DNA from: Eledone cirrhosa
Taxonomy: Eukaryota
Direction: 5' to 3'
Assembly: GCA_964016885.1 (NCBI GenBank)
Contig: OZ024743.1
Coordinates: 116,374,001-116,438,000 of the forward strand
Length of the DNA: 64,000 nucleotides
Numbering within the stretch: the stretch's first letter is position 1; each line of letters starts with the position of its first letter. The translations under genes and the position numbers were made by a program. The notes below the pieces were generated by a model. It was not told where the DNA came from, made no database searches, and saw only the letters and a program-made list of their open reading frames with translations. This document shows, piece after piece, positions 36,758 to 51,209 of this stretch.

Positions 36758-36865
36758 CATATATACATACATATATATTTGTGTGTGTGTACGTATATAT
36801 ATATATACATATATATACATATATATGTGTGTGTATTTATATGAATATATGTGTGTATGTATGTA

Positions 36866-37210
36866 TTCAGGCAACTTAGCATGGCACTACATAGGTTCGA
36901 CGGCGGGGGTGTTCAAGAAAAGGTGGTATGTCTACAGACACTCTATAAATAACCGGAAGCTTATGAATATAACGACAGTCGCCAATAAAATCTGACAGCT
37001 CAAAGATACGAACAGGAATACAGAATTAGCTGGATGAAGTTTCAACGGCAATGGCCATAGAATTGGCATGCCCCACTGTGGACTTTGTAATATGAAATTA
37101 TTCCATATTTTAAAATACACAAAATGCTACTTAACAGTAAAATTGAACGAACAATGTTCTGTAGGCACGGAACGGCGACCTAATTCGATCATTTTAGACC
37201 AACTTAATTC
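36866..37210 (+). mobile_element. PLE GIY-YIG 3' fragment
   Basis: [32 protein letters not shown] parallels YIGLTANRFKQRLYMHTHS..SAYIWSLKD at 32650-32770. Confidence 0.7.
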
Positions 37211-38452
37211 ATTCCATCTATTCCATAACTCAAATTGTACCACTTGAATCTATTATAATATCCTATTATCATTATTATTGTTATTGGATATCGGTAGAGG
37301 GGCGGACGCCAAGCTTTGACGCATAGAGTTGCCATTCTGAGTTCAAATCCCGCCGGGGTTAAATTTGCCTTTCATCGATAAAATAAAGTACCAGTAATAC
37401 AAATGTTAATTGCTGGCCTTGTGCCAAAAGTCGAAACAATTATTATTGTTATTGTCATCAACTGTCAATGAACCAACATCATAACCTTTTATATTTTATT
37501 TTTTCTCTCTTTCATTATCTATCTTTCTATTTCTTTCCCTACATTTCTTTCATCTCTTACATTATATCATATCGTATTATTTTCACTTCTAATATAACTT
37601 ACAATTAATTAATTAAATAATTAGTTCATTATTTAACTAATTTATTAAAATAACCAACATGAACATATTTAACATTTTCCTGTTTATAGCATCATATCTC
37701 TATATTTTAACAACCAACACCACAACTACTCCCAATAATCATACTATTTTTACTTTTCTTCGCACATATAAACATGTTTTAATCATTTTTTATCATATTT
37801 TGTATTGTTTCTTATCATCCTCGATCTAACTTGTTTATTAGCATTTATTCATGTATTGTTGTTGTCATTGTTTTTCTCTTTCTTTTTCTTTTTCTTTTTC
37901 TTTATCTGTTATATTTTTTCTTTATCCTTTTCTCTCGTCTTTCTCTCTTCTTTTCTCTCTGTCTTTTTTCTCTATATAAACTTTTTCTTTTTTTCTTTAT
38001 TCCTTTTTTTCCATTTTTCCTTTTTCTTCTTTTTTTCTCTCTCTATCTCTTTCATTTTTTTCTCTCCCTTTCTTTATTAATGATGTTGTAATTTGAATTC
38101 GTAGAAACTGAGCATTTTTTAACAGTGTTTCTGGTGATCTGGTTAATCTACCAGCGTATTTAAAATTGAGTGACACAGCTTCAATCGTTCAGCAATTTTT
38201 AGACAACTTAATCAGGGAAACAATTGTTAAGACGGTAATAAAACCCTTTTTTGTACTGTTGACCATGTTATTCTTCACTCTTTCAATATCATTACTCCAA
38301 GATAAACTTACATAGGAATGCAAGAGAACTCATGAACTCGCCACCTACGGAAACCTCTTGTTGAGTCAAACAAAGCCGCACGCTAAAACTATCCGCAATA
38401 CGAGTGTATTCACAACCTCTAACTGGATTACCTATAACGATATTTTGTTAGC

Positions 38453-38488
<36 letters not shown>

Positions 38489-38691
38489 TTATATATATAT
38501 ATATATATAGTAATAATAATAAATTTGAAGACTAAAATCCAAAGAGGGCTCGATAAGGATAAATATATATCAAATATATAAGAACCGTAGAGCAAATATT
38601 TATTAAAATAACAGATTAAAGTTTAAGTAAAGAAGATCCCGTTAAGGGTGAAAGCAGCGATTCTTTGCTTAAACTTTAATCTGTTATTTTA

Positions 38692-38727
<36 letters not shown>

Positions 38728-38908
38728 ACATACACACATACATATATATATATATGTACTAATATATATATAATTACACACACATGCATATATATATGCT
38801 TAGTGGTGGCGTAAATGATAACGAATGCAATATAATATTAACAAGAATAACAGTGGTAATGAATGTAACAGTGGTTATGGGGATGATGGAATGTTGGGCC
38901 ACTCCTCT

Positions 38909-38978
<70 letters not shown>

Positions 38979-39088
38979 AACAATGAGTTAATGAGTTAAA
39001 TCTTAGTTGATATGTAATCAACTGACTTGTGTGTATGACAGATACGAAGCACTCAACAGTTAATATTTATCTGGCATATATATATATA

Positions 39089-40038
39089 CTAGCAGAATGG
39101 CCCGGCGTTGCTCGGGCTTCTAAACATAGATTGGCATCTTTATCCGTCCTTTCTAAAACAGTACAGAGAAGGTGGGAATACCTTGGCCTGGGGATTGTGT
39201 CTAGATTGTGTGCTTAGGCAAATCATTTTTCATTAAGATTTTTGGAAAGCATGTAATTGCGTTCCCTCTCTTGTTTGTTGTTGTTTTTGCTGTCGTTGGT
39301 GTGATAGCAGCTGTTGTTCGTACTACTAACACAGTCTCGTCTTTCTTCAGCCTATTGTGTATATCCCCTTCTGCCTCGTCTTCCTAAACAATGATTGTAG
39401 CACCTCCTTCTACACAATGTTCCTTGTTCTTCCGTGTCGGGCATATGCAAAGAGATTTGTCTTGCTTCCCACTCTTGGGTAGCCAACGTATAGTTGTCCG
39501 CGTGAAAAACACGACTCTTCCAAAAGAAGAACAGCAACAGCTAGGGTCTGTCCCTGGGATTTGTTGATAGACATTGCAAAGCTGACACGGATCGCAGAAG
39601 TAAATATTTCGAAAAACGTTGCAACCGAGGGAAAACATGAAGACGATAGTTTGGTAAGTGAAGACGTTCCCTGGAAATGAAAGGAAAATAGCGAAGATAA
39701 TACATCAGCAATGAGAACAATGTTTTCATAATGTCGTGATGCAGACAGCCAGAAATACAGGCAGATATCATAAGGGCGCGACGTTATAGCTATGTATCTA
39801 TGTAAGAAGACAGACTAAGAAAGAGAGAGAGAACGCTAACCGGAGCCTAACACGCCTTTAACAACAGAAAATTGAAAGATAAAGTTGCAGTTAATATATT
39901 TAGACCGCAAGGAATATATAAATGCTAGTTTGAAGTCAATCGGAGTAGAAATGTGGATTTGTATAGCGTTTGTAAAAATTAGGACACACACACACACACA
40001 CAGACAATTTCAGTTTTATATATGTGTATATATAAAGA
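39089..40038 (-). mobile_element. Non-autonomous Helitron; related fragments at 4010-4085 and 19850-20090
   Basis: Minus strand reads A|TC 5' end, subterminal (TG)n, 3' hairpin cccgagcaacgccggg, then CTAG|T. Confidence 0.8.
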
Positions 40039-40101
40039 TGAGGCTATATGGCTATAAAAATGAGGGTCGTTTGTATAATTGCAAACGAATCCGATTACAT
40101 T

Positions 40102-40155
<54 letters not shown>

Positions 40156-40226
40156 AATGTAATCGGATTCGTTTGCAATTATACAAACAACCATCATTTT
40201 TATAGCCATATAGCCTCATCTTTATA
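40032..40226. repeat. Inverted repeat centred on (TA)n, followed by a degenerate HHR at 40283-40325 (family J)
   Basis: Arms 40032-40108 and 40150-40226; gctgta CTGATGA agggtgataccca GAAA cattag TA actgc. Confidence 0.7.
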
Positions 40227-40434
40227 GCCTAGAAAATAGCATATATTTTCACAAGCTCTGACAGTTGGCAGGTGAACAGTGAGCTGTACTGATGAAGGGT
40301 GATACCCAGAAACATTAGTAACTGCGGTTCTGTTTACATCCCAACACAAGAGCAAGAATTATTGTATTCAGCCATGTAGAGCAAAACTGTATATATAAAT
40401 GTTTGTGTGTATGTATATACATATATAAATGTGG

Positions 40435-40466
<32 letters not shown>

Positions 40467-40469
40467 GAG

Positions 40470-40546
<77 letters not shown>

Positions 40547-40682
40547 GACGTAAAATAAGAAAATTTTAAAAATTAAAAATTAACTTACCCCCTGCATTGA
40601 ACCACCTAGGTACTATGACATACCTTATGTATTTGCTAGCATTAGTGTACATCTGTACGCATATATTGGTAAATATACTAAT

Positions 40683-40738
<56 letters not shown>

Positions 40739-42779
40739 AGCACTCATATGGGTAAAATAAAAAGACTTTGAGGTTCTTGAGTTTTATATTTATATATCGT
40801 ACGCCCCTTTCGGTCTTGAATGATCTAATATGTTCCCCTCCAAGACACAAGCCTGAGCAAGCTGTGTTTGTGGGAGACCAGGCCACATCGATATTTTCCA
40901 AGGGAACAATTTCTGGAACTACAAAATCTACACCTAACGAGGTAAACATTTTCAACTTTTCCACATCCACTCTGTCTGAATGTTCTCTTAACGTAATATC
41001 TGCTCCAAGCTCTATTTAAGATTTGTTTACCATACATTGATGATCTTACCCTTACATCACCCATTACTCAATTACTTTTGCGTTCCAAACATTCGCAGCA
41101 TTAATTTACTGTCTAATTCCTGGAATCAGAATGTGCTGCTATGATGGAATACATCCTAGAATGGAAACAACCACAAATAATTTTTCTACTTTTGGCACAA
41201 GGCCAGCAAATTACCCAGTGTATTACTTGTACTTTATTTTATCGACCCCGTAAGGATGAAAGGCAAAGTTAACCTCAGCGGGATTTGAACATAACCACAA
41301 ATAATAAATGCTACTAACCATTGATAGGAACCTCACAAATATAACGCACCAAAATATACGCGAAGAGCGAGAGAAAGAAACAAAATAAAAGGAAGTGGGG
41401 CAAAAAAAAAGCAACCATCAACTGTCAAATAATTTTTTTTGAATCGGATTAGAAAGAGTGAAGAAATAAAAATTACAAACAAACCAACACGTGTTTCTCC
41501 CCACACGGGTGTACACACATAAATGTGTATATTTGACATACCAACACACATATGTACGTCGGCATACATGCACGTGTATATATGTATGTGGTATGCTAAT
41601 ATTATGCCATTCCTTGGAGCAAGCATACCCATTTACAGCCTTTTTCATCCCATTGAATGAGAGCTGTACAGAGCTGTTATACTAGTGGCGAATTATTAAA
41701 CATTATAGTTCGCCATACGTAACTCAACACGGGAACCCATAATGATGTTGATCCTGACATCGATGAAAGAAATTTGCCTGCACCAGATACCAACTCTCTT
41801 GAGTTAATAATTTTTATCTTAAACATTTACCACACTGCTCCTTCACTTCTAACACATTCTCAAATCTACATTGATGATTGTACGCTTGGATTATCTGATT
41901 ACCCAATAGTCAAACATTCGCGGCATTAACTCACAGTTTAATCAATGATGCTGGGAAGCAGTATGGGCTGTTGTGATGGAATACATCCTAGAATGGAAAT
42001 ATAACCTCAAATAATAACTGCTAGGAACCTCCCAAATCTAACGCACCGAAACATACGGGAAGAACGAGAGAAATAAATAAAAAGAAATGGAGACATAAAA
42101 CAAAACAAAACAAAATCGACCCCCAATTCACTGCCAAATAATTTGAATCGGATTAGACAGAGAGAAAGAAAAGCCCCCCAAAAAATAGAGAATATATTTA
42201 TTTGCCGTTGTGCAGCCAAATGATACCGAAAGCCACTGACCCGCATCTCCGATCAAGAAGGCGAGAGCAACAGGATAATAACATCGACCCCGCATCTTGG
42301 TTAAAAGAAGACACTCGAGCCTCAGCATACTGCCTGGCAGCTCGACCTGTTAGTAGTTTTATCTCCACCACCATTAACAAGAGGAAGGCAGCGACAACAA
42401 CTGTGACATTAACAGCAACAACACATATGTGTATACATCAACATCTCACCAGCAATCGCTACCACTACCATTAACAAAAGGAAGCCAACACCAGCATCAG
42501 TGACAAGAACAACAACACGTATGTTTTCAGGATTGAATGAATCATCCCCAGCCATAAGATTCTATGAGAAACTGCTAACAAGCTCGCATGTGTGCGTGCT
42601 GAACTCTGGGTCTTTCCTGTGGGAACAACCCCGTTTTCTCATTTTCCCCCACCTTTGGGGATTTTTTTTTTTTTGTTTTTTTTTTCTTTGTTTTGTACAT
42701 TCATCCATATATTCATTCATTTGCTAACATTCTACCTTCTCGTGTGTCCACCTCCATGCACCCCTTATTTTCACTCTTG

Positions 42780-44147
42780 TCCTCTGACGCCTCTATATCT
42801 GATGTAGGTGATCTATGAGGCCCTCTAATCAGCTCTTTCCTTCCACCCACACACGCCAGCCACTCACCCCTGATGCCGCTCGGTGCCCCAGTCCCCGGCC
42901 CCACACCTCTTCCCCCATCCCCCAAGCACTTGCAGCACTACTAACAGACGGAAGAGGGGCTGGAACTGTTCGGTGTGCAGCTGCTTCCACCACCTCACCT
43001 GAGTTGGCTTGACACGTCGAGCTTCCAGTGCCCTCGCAGCGTGGAGATGCAAGAACTGCCTCGCCCCTAGTCTGCCCAGCCACGGCCGTCTGGCACACCA
43101 CCAGATGAGACAGCGAGCTTGCCTAACGCCCACGCGACGCTGGTTAAATTTGCTCGGCTCAGGCGGCTCCAGAAGATCCCACTCAGGCTCCCGAAAGCGG
43201 CCCGGGTGTCGCTAGCCGAAGTAATCGCTTCCTCGCTTCACGAGCTGACTGATCTTGATCGACGGCCACCCACCTTCCGTTGAGGAACTGCTTCGCTATG
43301 CCGAAGCTCCTCTACACCCTCTGCAGCACTTCGTGCTACACCCACACATCTCTCCTCGCTGACCTCGATACTTGTACACGAGCAGCAGCCGAGGATATAT
43401 GCAACGTCATGTGTGACGACATTGGATGGTAACAGGCCACTTTACCTGTCAGGTATGGCGGGCTTGGCCTCCGGTCCCCGATCCCGCAGACGTTGCCGGC
43501 GTACCTTTCGTCGGTAACGTCCTGCGGCGTCTTCGTCATCAGGGTTCTTCAAAACACAATAGAACCCTCAGGGTTCAGAGAACGGGAGGCCGCCTGAGTG
43601 ACGTGGGACCGGCTGGGCTGGGACATAGCCCAGTAGACGTCCCTCCTCCTTCTCCCCTGTTGATGTCAAGTCCCCTCAAAGCACTTGGGATGCCATCCAG
43701 TGCAGCCTGACCTCAGACAGTCTCACGCGCCAGCTCAACCAGCACCGCCTTGCCTGCTTTCATGCGGCCTCCAAACACCAGAGTGCTGCCTAGATCCATG
43801 TCCTGCCCTCCTTCCCCACTGACACGCAGCTAGACAACAATAGCCTGCGCATCGGCGTTTCCTTGAGGCTCGGCCTCCGGATCTGCGAGCCGCACCAATG
43901 TCGCTGCGGATCCACCGTGGACTCTTTCGGCCTCCGCCCGCTTTCCTGTCGCCACAGTGCCGGCCGCCTTCCACGCCATTCTGCCCTCACCGAAGTCATA
44001 AAGCATGGCTTGGACGCTTCGGGCTTCGCTTCCCAGCTCGCGCCGGTGGGGCTGGACCGAGGGGACGGCAAAAGGCCAGTTGGCATGAGCATCTTCCCGT
44101 TCAGCAGTGGCAAACCCCTCATCTGGGATGCTACTTGCATCGCGTAA
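42780..44147 (+). mobile_element. Decayed GC-rich CRE-like non-LTR retrotransposon fragment (thumb, zinc knuckle, REL endonuclease)
   Basis: LPVRYGGLGLR near 43442; LRLGLRICEPHQCRCG..LSC..RHSAL..GLDRGDGKRP..LIWDATC. Confidence 0.8.
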
Positions 44148-44754
44148 CATTTCATGTTTAGGTATGTGAAACACAACATTTATTGTTTGCCTGGCACCTT
44201 CTATTTCAGCGTAACACATATCTAGAATTAAGTTTATAATCTCATACCATGTGATGGTCAATTGAACGGTCCAAGCATAATTAAGGGATAGTATCGAGGC
44301 CTATTGAGACTCATACTCTGCCACCACCACTACGTTTCGGTCAACTGCCACTGGAAGAGCGACTAGCAGTAAACTATAATCGTGACATATTGCAGATCTG
44401 GATGGGGGGGGGGATTATTTCGTTGGGGTGTGGGGGGGGGGGGGACCTGTCTAGGTGAGTTTCGTAGAGTGTTGGGGTAGTGGATGGTCACAGTTCCTTC
44501 GGACTTGCGCCGGCGCAAATCGGTGAGGGTGAATTGAGACTCACGAGCTAACGGGCGAAGGATTCAATAACATCCGTGTTCTCCGTTCCCTTGTCGATTC
44601 AATTTAGATTGCCTCAGGAACATAACCCTAATATGTAAGAAGCTGTCTGATGATGCCACGGCACTGAGTACACGGAATCGTGTGGTCACTGTCGTTATTG
44701 AAATATGTATCACATCATTAATGTCCTTTAACATCTGAAACTTCATATTTTCTT

Positions 44755-44894
<140 letters not shown>

Positions 44895-45049
44895 GAGATT
44901 CAGAACCCTGGCAGCAGAGCTCCGGCCGTTTCAGCATTCGGATCTAGCTGTCGAAGCGGCAGGTGCTCAGCTGTCGGGGTCATGAATCTTTTCATATTAC
45001 CCACTCTACTAACCCAAGTATCGAGTACTCTGGTGGGTTATGGTCTGGT

Positions 45050-45288
45050 CATTTTAACGGCTTGATTTATTCACTGGGCAGAGGGTGATATATTTACATC
45101 TATACGGACTTATGTCTAGTAGATTTGGAAAAGCTATCTGATGAGCTATATAGTTCCATTGGAAATTATCTGAATTTCCAATCTTTTGATAAGCAAAACC
45201 GTACGGTCATGGGACTAGAGGAGGTAAATATTTAAATCGTATTTTAATTTATTTAAAAGATTGTTTAATGTTTACTTGTTCCGCTCAT
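45050..45288 (+). mobile_element. Family A-related pLTR/retrozyme unit with HHR at 45133-45213; sister rearranged locus 49751-50414 (HHR 49826-49906, -)
   Basis: gctat CTGATGA gctat..ataagc AAAA ccgtacgg TC atggg; the partial copy at 50363-50410(-) retains GAAA. All end at gttccgctca next to a microsatellite. Confidence 0.8.
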
Positions 45289-45302
45289 ATATATATATAT
45301 AT

Positions 45303-46043
45303 ATGGCATTGGAAACATTTAAAACAGAAATAGAACTGTTGCGATTAAGAGCCAACTCCAACGAAGAAAAATTCAAGTCACTCGACCAACAGATGGACAC
45401 AGAAATCTCAAAGCACTCTGAAGGCCTACTCTACAAAAAACCCCTAAAACTTTGGAAAGAAAACTGTGAGGATGAAGAACTAACATCCCTCCAGCGATGG
45501 GAAAAAAACGCCACCTGGTTCAACAACTACGAAATGGTCTTCAAAAATGAACAACATACAGGTAACCCATTTTTAAAACAAACTAAAACTCACACACCAC
45601 ATGCACAACAAATAACAAAAAAAGTAACAAAACGTCCAACATACCCCCAGCAAAAGTTTAACGATAATCCCAGAAACCATAGACAAAACTATAACCCTAC
45701 TAACAAAAACCAAAGATCCCCGAACACAAGGCAGGACCTGATCCGCAGATCACAACCCACACAAAACCTATTCCAAAACCGTAGACCCCTGCCCACACAG
45801 AGCCTGTTCCAAAACCGTAGATCCCAACCCACACAAAGGAACCAAATCTACAACCCGGACTATCAACAAACCGAACCTCAATACGTCCGAAACTTCTATA
45901 CAAGACCACACAACAACAGAGGAAATACCATTAGATATAATAATACCAATGAAAAAACATTCCAGAAAAATCATTTTTTAGACCAAGGCTACAGGACTCA
46001 CGACACCCGGTGGCACAAACCGATTTTGAAAAACCGAAAATAA
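45303..46043 (+). CDS. PLE ORF1 (helical N-terminal part, basic N/Q/R-rich C-terminal part with 36-bp repeats)
   Basis: Open for ~245 codons and overlaps the RT ORF in the -1 frame; the start is probably truncated. Confidence 0.65.
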   Translation: MALETFKTEIELLRLRANSNEEKFKSLDQQMDTEISKHSEGLLYKKPLKLWKENCEDEELTSLQRWEKNATWFNNYEMVFKNEQHTGNPFLKQTKTHTPHAQQITKKVTKRPTYPQQKFNDNPRNHRQNYNPTNKNQRSPNTRQDLIRRSQPTQNLFQNRRPLPTQSLFQNRRSQPTQRNQIYNPDYQQTEPQYVRNFYTRPHNNRGNTIRYNNTNEKTFQKNHFLDQGYRTHDTRWHKPILKNRK

Positions 46044-48279
46044 TTAACATTTCAAATACAAACCTCTCAGCCCAACAAGTAAAAATTCTCTCCAAATGTC
46101 TGAAATTCACACCAACACCACAATACCCTAACCCCAACGAGATAAATGACGATATCTCACACTTCTGTAGAAAATTACGTCTCACAGAGGAATTCTTTGA
46201 CAAGGAGAATAACGACGAATCAATTGTACGGAATAAAAGTAGCTACAACCCAACAAAAGGTAGAAACAGAGTTCTGGACAAATTTTGTGACCACATAGCT
46301 ACCTTCCCATACCATGAACTACCGCAACATAAACCCAAACCCAACACAAGTCGAAGGGAATGGGAGATTATCCATGAACTAAAAAACAATACGGACATTG
46401 TAATTAAGGAAGCGGACAAGGGAAGTACTGTTGTCATTATGGAGGTTGAAAAATATGAAAATTCTATGTTCTCTCTCTTACAAAATACTAATTACTATGA
46501 AAGAGTAAAAAAACTACCAGCAATCAAAAATAATGACCAAATTAAACACACTGATTTATCGATACCAGGAAACCTAACTAAAAAGGAACGCGATTATTTA
46601 ACAAATTTTGAATACAAAACCAGCAACCTTTACGGACTTCCGAAGATCCACAAATGTAAAATAATCAACGATGCCTGTAAACAATCCACCTCAGCCTGCG
46701 TGAACACACAATACCCAACATACCTTAAATTAAGACCAATTGTAGCGGGCCCACAATGTGAAACACACAGATTGAGCAACTTTATAGACATACTACTGAA
46801 ACCAATACTGAAACACATACCAAGCCTTGTAAGAGACGATCTGGACCTCTTAAACCACCTCCCCAAACATGTCAACAACGACACTATTATTGTGTATTTC
46901 GATGTAGTGAATCTCTACACAACGATCCCACACCAATACGGACTAGAAGCAATAGGATTCTGGCTAGAGAAATATCACAATGAGATACCTGACAGAATAG
47001 AAAAAAGCTTCATCACCGAGGGATTAAAATTCATCCTACAGAACAACTTTTTTGATTTCGATGGCTATGCTTACAAGCAAATATCGGGGACTGCGATGGG
47101 TACAAAAGCCGCTACAACTTATGCCAACTTAGTCATGGCATACTTAGAAGTCCAGATATATGAACAGTCCAAATCAAAATACGGATTGAACTTCCACAAA
47201 TATTTATCAGAGAATTGGAAACGCTACTTGGTTGATTGCCTCATTCTTTGGTCCCACACACTCGACCAACTGAAGGATTTCAAAAACTTAATAAACGGCA
47301 TCAATAACCACATCCAATTCACAATGGAATACAGCCAAGATCAACTCCCATTTCTGGACATCTTAATCATAAAAAAAGACACAATATCGAAACTGACATA
47401 CACTACAAACCAACAGATTCCAAACAATATCTGCTATTCACCTCCAACCATCCAAAGCACACGAAGACGAACATTCCTTTTAACCTAGCAAGAAAAATTT
47501 GCACAATTGTCTCCAATTATGAAACGCGAAATAAAAGACTTCAAGAATTAAAGGAAATTCTACTCGAGAGAGAGTACCCACTATTACTAATAAATAATGG
47601 AATAGAAAGGGCTAAAGCAATAGGCATTGATGAATTACGGAAACAGAAACAAATTCAAGGTACGTCCAATATTCTATCATATATCTCAACACACAACCCA
47701 AGAAATGCGGAAGCTTACAACACTATTCACAATAACATCCCACTACTAAAACAAAACCCAAGAATGAAAAAAGCCCTTGAAACACACAAAATAATCAAAA
47801 GCAAAAGACAACCAAAATCACTGAAAACATTACACACCAATGCCAAATTACCTACCACAAACCCACAACCAAGTATCAAAAAATGTGGTCGCTCTAATTG
47901 TGGAACCTGCACTCACCTCATTGAAGGCAACACGTATACATTTAAATCAGGACAACATTTTACTGTAAAAAATCACTTCACTTGCTCATCAAAAAATCTA
48001 CTTTATGCCATTAAATGTAAAGGATGCAATGAAGATTATATAGGACAAACTAAACTCACACTCAGAAACAGAATGACAGTTCATCGCCAACAATTACGAG
48101 ATCCAACCACGAGACAGATACCACTAAGTGCACATCTAGACATTTGCGCAAGTAATAAGACACCCAAATTCCAAGTCTTCCCATTTTACCTTTGCGCTAA
48201 CAATACAACAGAACAAATGCCAATAAATAAGGAAAATATGTTTATTCAAAAATATAGACCAACATTAAATAAGGTTTAA
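45974..48279 (+). pseudogene. PLE RT plus GIY-YIG reading frame (frameshift near 47385, YLVD lesion)
   Basis: ORFs 46010-47488 and 47764-48279. Confidence 0.88.
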
Positions 48280-49320
48280 TATACATTATGTCAACACCAC
48301 AATATGACATACACACACACACATAACACCTTCTACTTTAGAAAATAAAAACCCGAACTAAATAAACCTTAACATACGTTTGCACTGGCAATACAACAGC
48401 AAACACGAAAAAGTAAGGAAAATATGTTCATTCAAAAATATTCCTACTAAAGGAATCACTTTCCTACACCCACACATACACACACACACAATATATATAT
48501 ATATATATATTCTCTTCATCTTAACATGCTAACCATACTCCCACACACATAACACCCATACACACACATAACAACCCCCACACCTACAACTCCCTCCCCA
48601 TTTCTACTAATAGAACCACTTTCCTACACACATATATATATACACACACACAAAATATATATTCTCTCCATCTTAACATACTCGCACACACACACATAAC
48701 ACCCATATACACACACACACAACTCCCTCCCCCATCTCTACTAATAGAATCATCTTCCAATACACACATACACACACACACATACACACACACACACATA
48801 CACACACACACGCACACAAATAAACATACATATCTTCACTTCAATAGAAAATCTGAACTCTGACACCCCGGCGAGCTGGCCATATTCACTGAACCAGAAC
48901 AAATCTCCCAATCCCTTTTCTCTTGACCACTATCTCTCGATTGTAATAACATTCACTATAAAGACTACAGAATAGTTTTCCAAATAAGGGCGCAAAAATG
49001 TAATAAAAACTTGTTCACATGACAGCCAAATTTCATTTATAACCAACCAAAAAAAGCCTTCGTGAGCCTCCTTTTTTCAAGTAAAAAGAAATTCAAACAC
49101 TCATATATGAAAAAACAACCTGTGACAACCCCCCCCCCCTCTCTTATTTGAAGAACTATTGTAACGCGAACTGGCGCGAAATTTATTATAATTATTGACA
49201 AACCAATCAAATTACTTCTCGAAAAACCTGGCATTTCGAGCCACTTTTTCCATATAAAACAAGTAACATTCAGAGACCAACCAGATGTGAGAAAAACCAC
49301 AGACCCTCCATCTCAACTCA

Positions 49321-49358
49321 CCTTTTGAAAAGCAGAAGAACTGCGAAACCGGTAAAGG
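49321..49358 (+). ncRNA. Minimal HHR with degenerate core in the Neptune-type 3' pLTR (family K)
   Basis: cctt TTGAAAA gcag aagaa ctgc GAAA ccgg TA aagg, then AATAAA. Confidence 0.65.
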
Positions 49359-49442
49359 AACTAAATAAATATATATATTTTTAAAAAAAATAAGACTCCA
49401 GTTGCATTTTCGATTTCATCTCTTTTTCTTTATATATATATA

Positions 49443-49755
<313 letters not shown>

Positions 49756-50476
49756 CGGAACAAGTAAACATTAAACAATTTTTTTAATAAATTAAAATAC
49801 GATTTAAATATTTACCTCTTCTAGTCCCATGACCATATGGTTTTGCTTATCAAAAGATTGGAAATTCAGAGAATTTCCAATGGAAAGATATAGCTCTTCA
49901 GATAGCTTTTCCAAATCTACTACACATAAGTCCGTATAGATGTAGATATATCACCCTCTGCCCAGTGAATAAATCAACCCGTTAAAATGACCCACACACT
50001 TATTGGACCGTTAGAAATAGCGGGAATTATAGACTATTATAGACACGATATATATTTCCGTGGGTACCTAGTACCTACTGGGATATCTATATCATTTATA
50101 TAATTCTCTTTAATGTAGAGAAAAAAATGCTGTATCATGCTGCTAGAAATAGATAAATGATATAGATATTAGAGAATTAGATAAATGATATAGATATCCC
50201 AGTAGGTACTAGGTACCCACGGAAATATATATGGTGTCTATAATAGTGGTTGTTCTATGGTACCAATTTGAGATACCAGAACTGTAAATATGAGCGGAAC
50301 AAGTAAACATTAAACAATCTTTTAAATAAATTAAAATACGCTTTAAATATTTACCTCTTCTAGTGCCATGACCGTACGGTTTCGCTTATCAAAAGATTGG
50401 ATATTCAGAGAATTATATGTGTATGTGTCCGTGTGTGTGTATGTATGTGTAGGTGTATGGGTCTGCGTGTGATTTG

Positions 50477-50862
50477 TATATCTATCGATATACGAGATGT
50501 TTGCGGATAAACATTTGAAAGCCTTTAGCTATGAATTTTGAAAGCTGATGTCTAGAATCATCAGGCAGATTTCGGGGGAGAGCAGGAGCGGGTAGTCTGT
50601 CGACGGTCCCGTTTCTGACTCACATTGATATCAAGAGAGGGGTCCCTCACCCTGATTTCTGCTCTAATTGTATATATTCGAAAACATTTAGTTTGACGTC
50701 TATGTACATGGGCAGATTAGCATCACCTGCTTATGGAGCTGTTGGCCTGGTCGATCTAAATCTTCTTGGATCCGCCTGATGTTTCTAGTCATCACCTTCA
50801 CAATTCGTAGCTGAAGGCTTTCAAATGTTTACTTGTAAACACACCGTATATCGCTAGATATA
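50477..50862. mobile_element. Old MITE-like element with ~90-bp imperfect inverted repeats
   Basis: taaacatttgaaagcctttagcta..ctagaatcatcaggc versus gcctgatgtttctag..tagctgaaggctttcaaatgttta; TA flanks. Confidence 0.6.
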
Positions 50863-51160
50863 CAGATATACATACTTACTCGTATACAGCTTTGTTGGAG
50901 CGAACACCTTAATTATCTCTATGTGTGTATATGCATATATTGATTATTTCATTTTGATTTATCCTTTTGATTATAATGTATTTTCCAAAAATTTCGTAGC
51001 TTATATGTTTTTCACGCTATTCGTCTTATAGCCCCTGTATATGAATACACATTCTCATTTATTTTTCCTCGCTATATTTTGAAGTGCCAAGGAATTTTTT
51101 TCTTTGAGCTCATTAAATTACAGGAATAAACACGAGTCGTTTACTCCGTTGCTCTACTTG

Positions 51161-51209
<49 letters not shown>

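Larger units (their letters stand above)
45303..49432 (+). mobile_element. Neptune-type PLE, 5' truncated: ORF1, RT-GIY-YIG ORF, long 3' UTR and pLTR
   Basis: IINISNTNLS..LSKCLKFTPTP, EADKGS, LYGLPKIHK, RPIVAG, DVVNLYTTIPH, GTAMG, RYLVD (mutated YxDD), LPFLD, CGRSNCGTC, TCSSKNLLYAIKCKGCNEDYIGQT; (TA)n on both sides. Confidence 0.93.

Noticed and set aside
40566-42200. 134-aa ORF and an imperfect duplication (41030-41460 vs 41865-42200)
   Set aside because: No assignable motif; probably very old TE debris.
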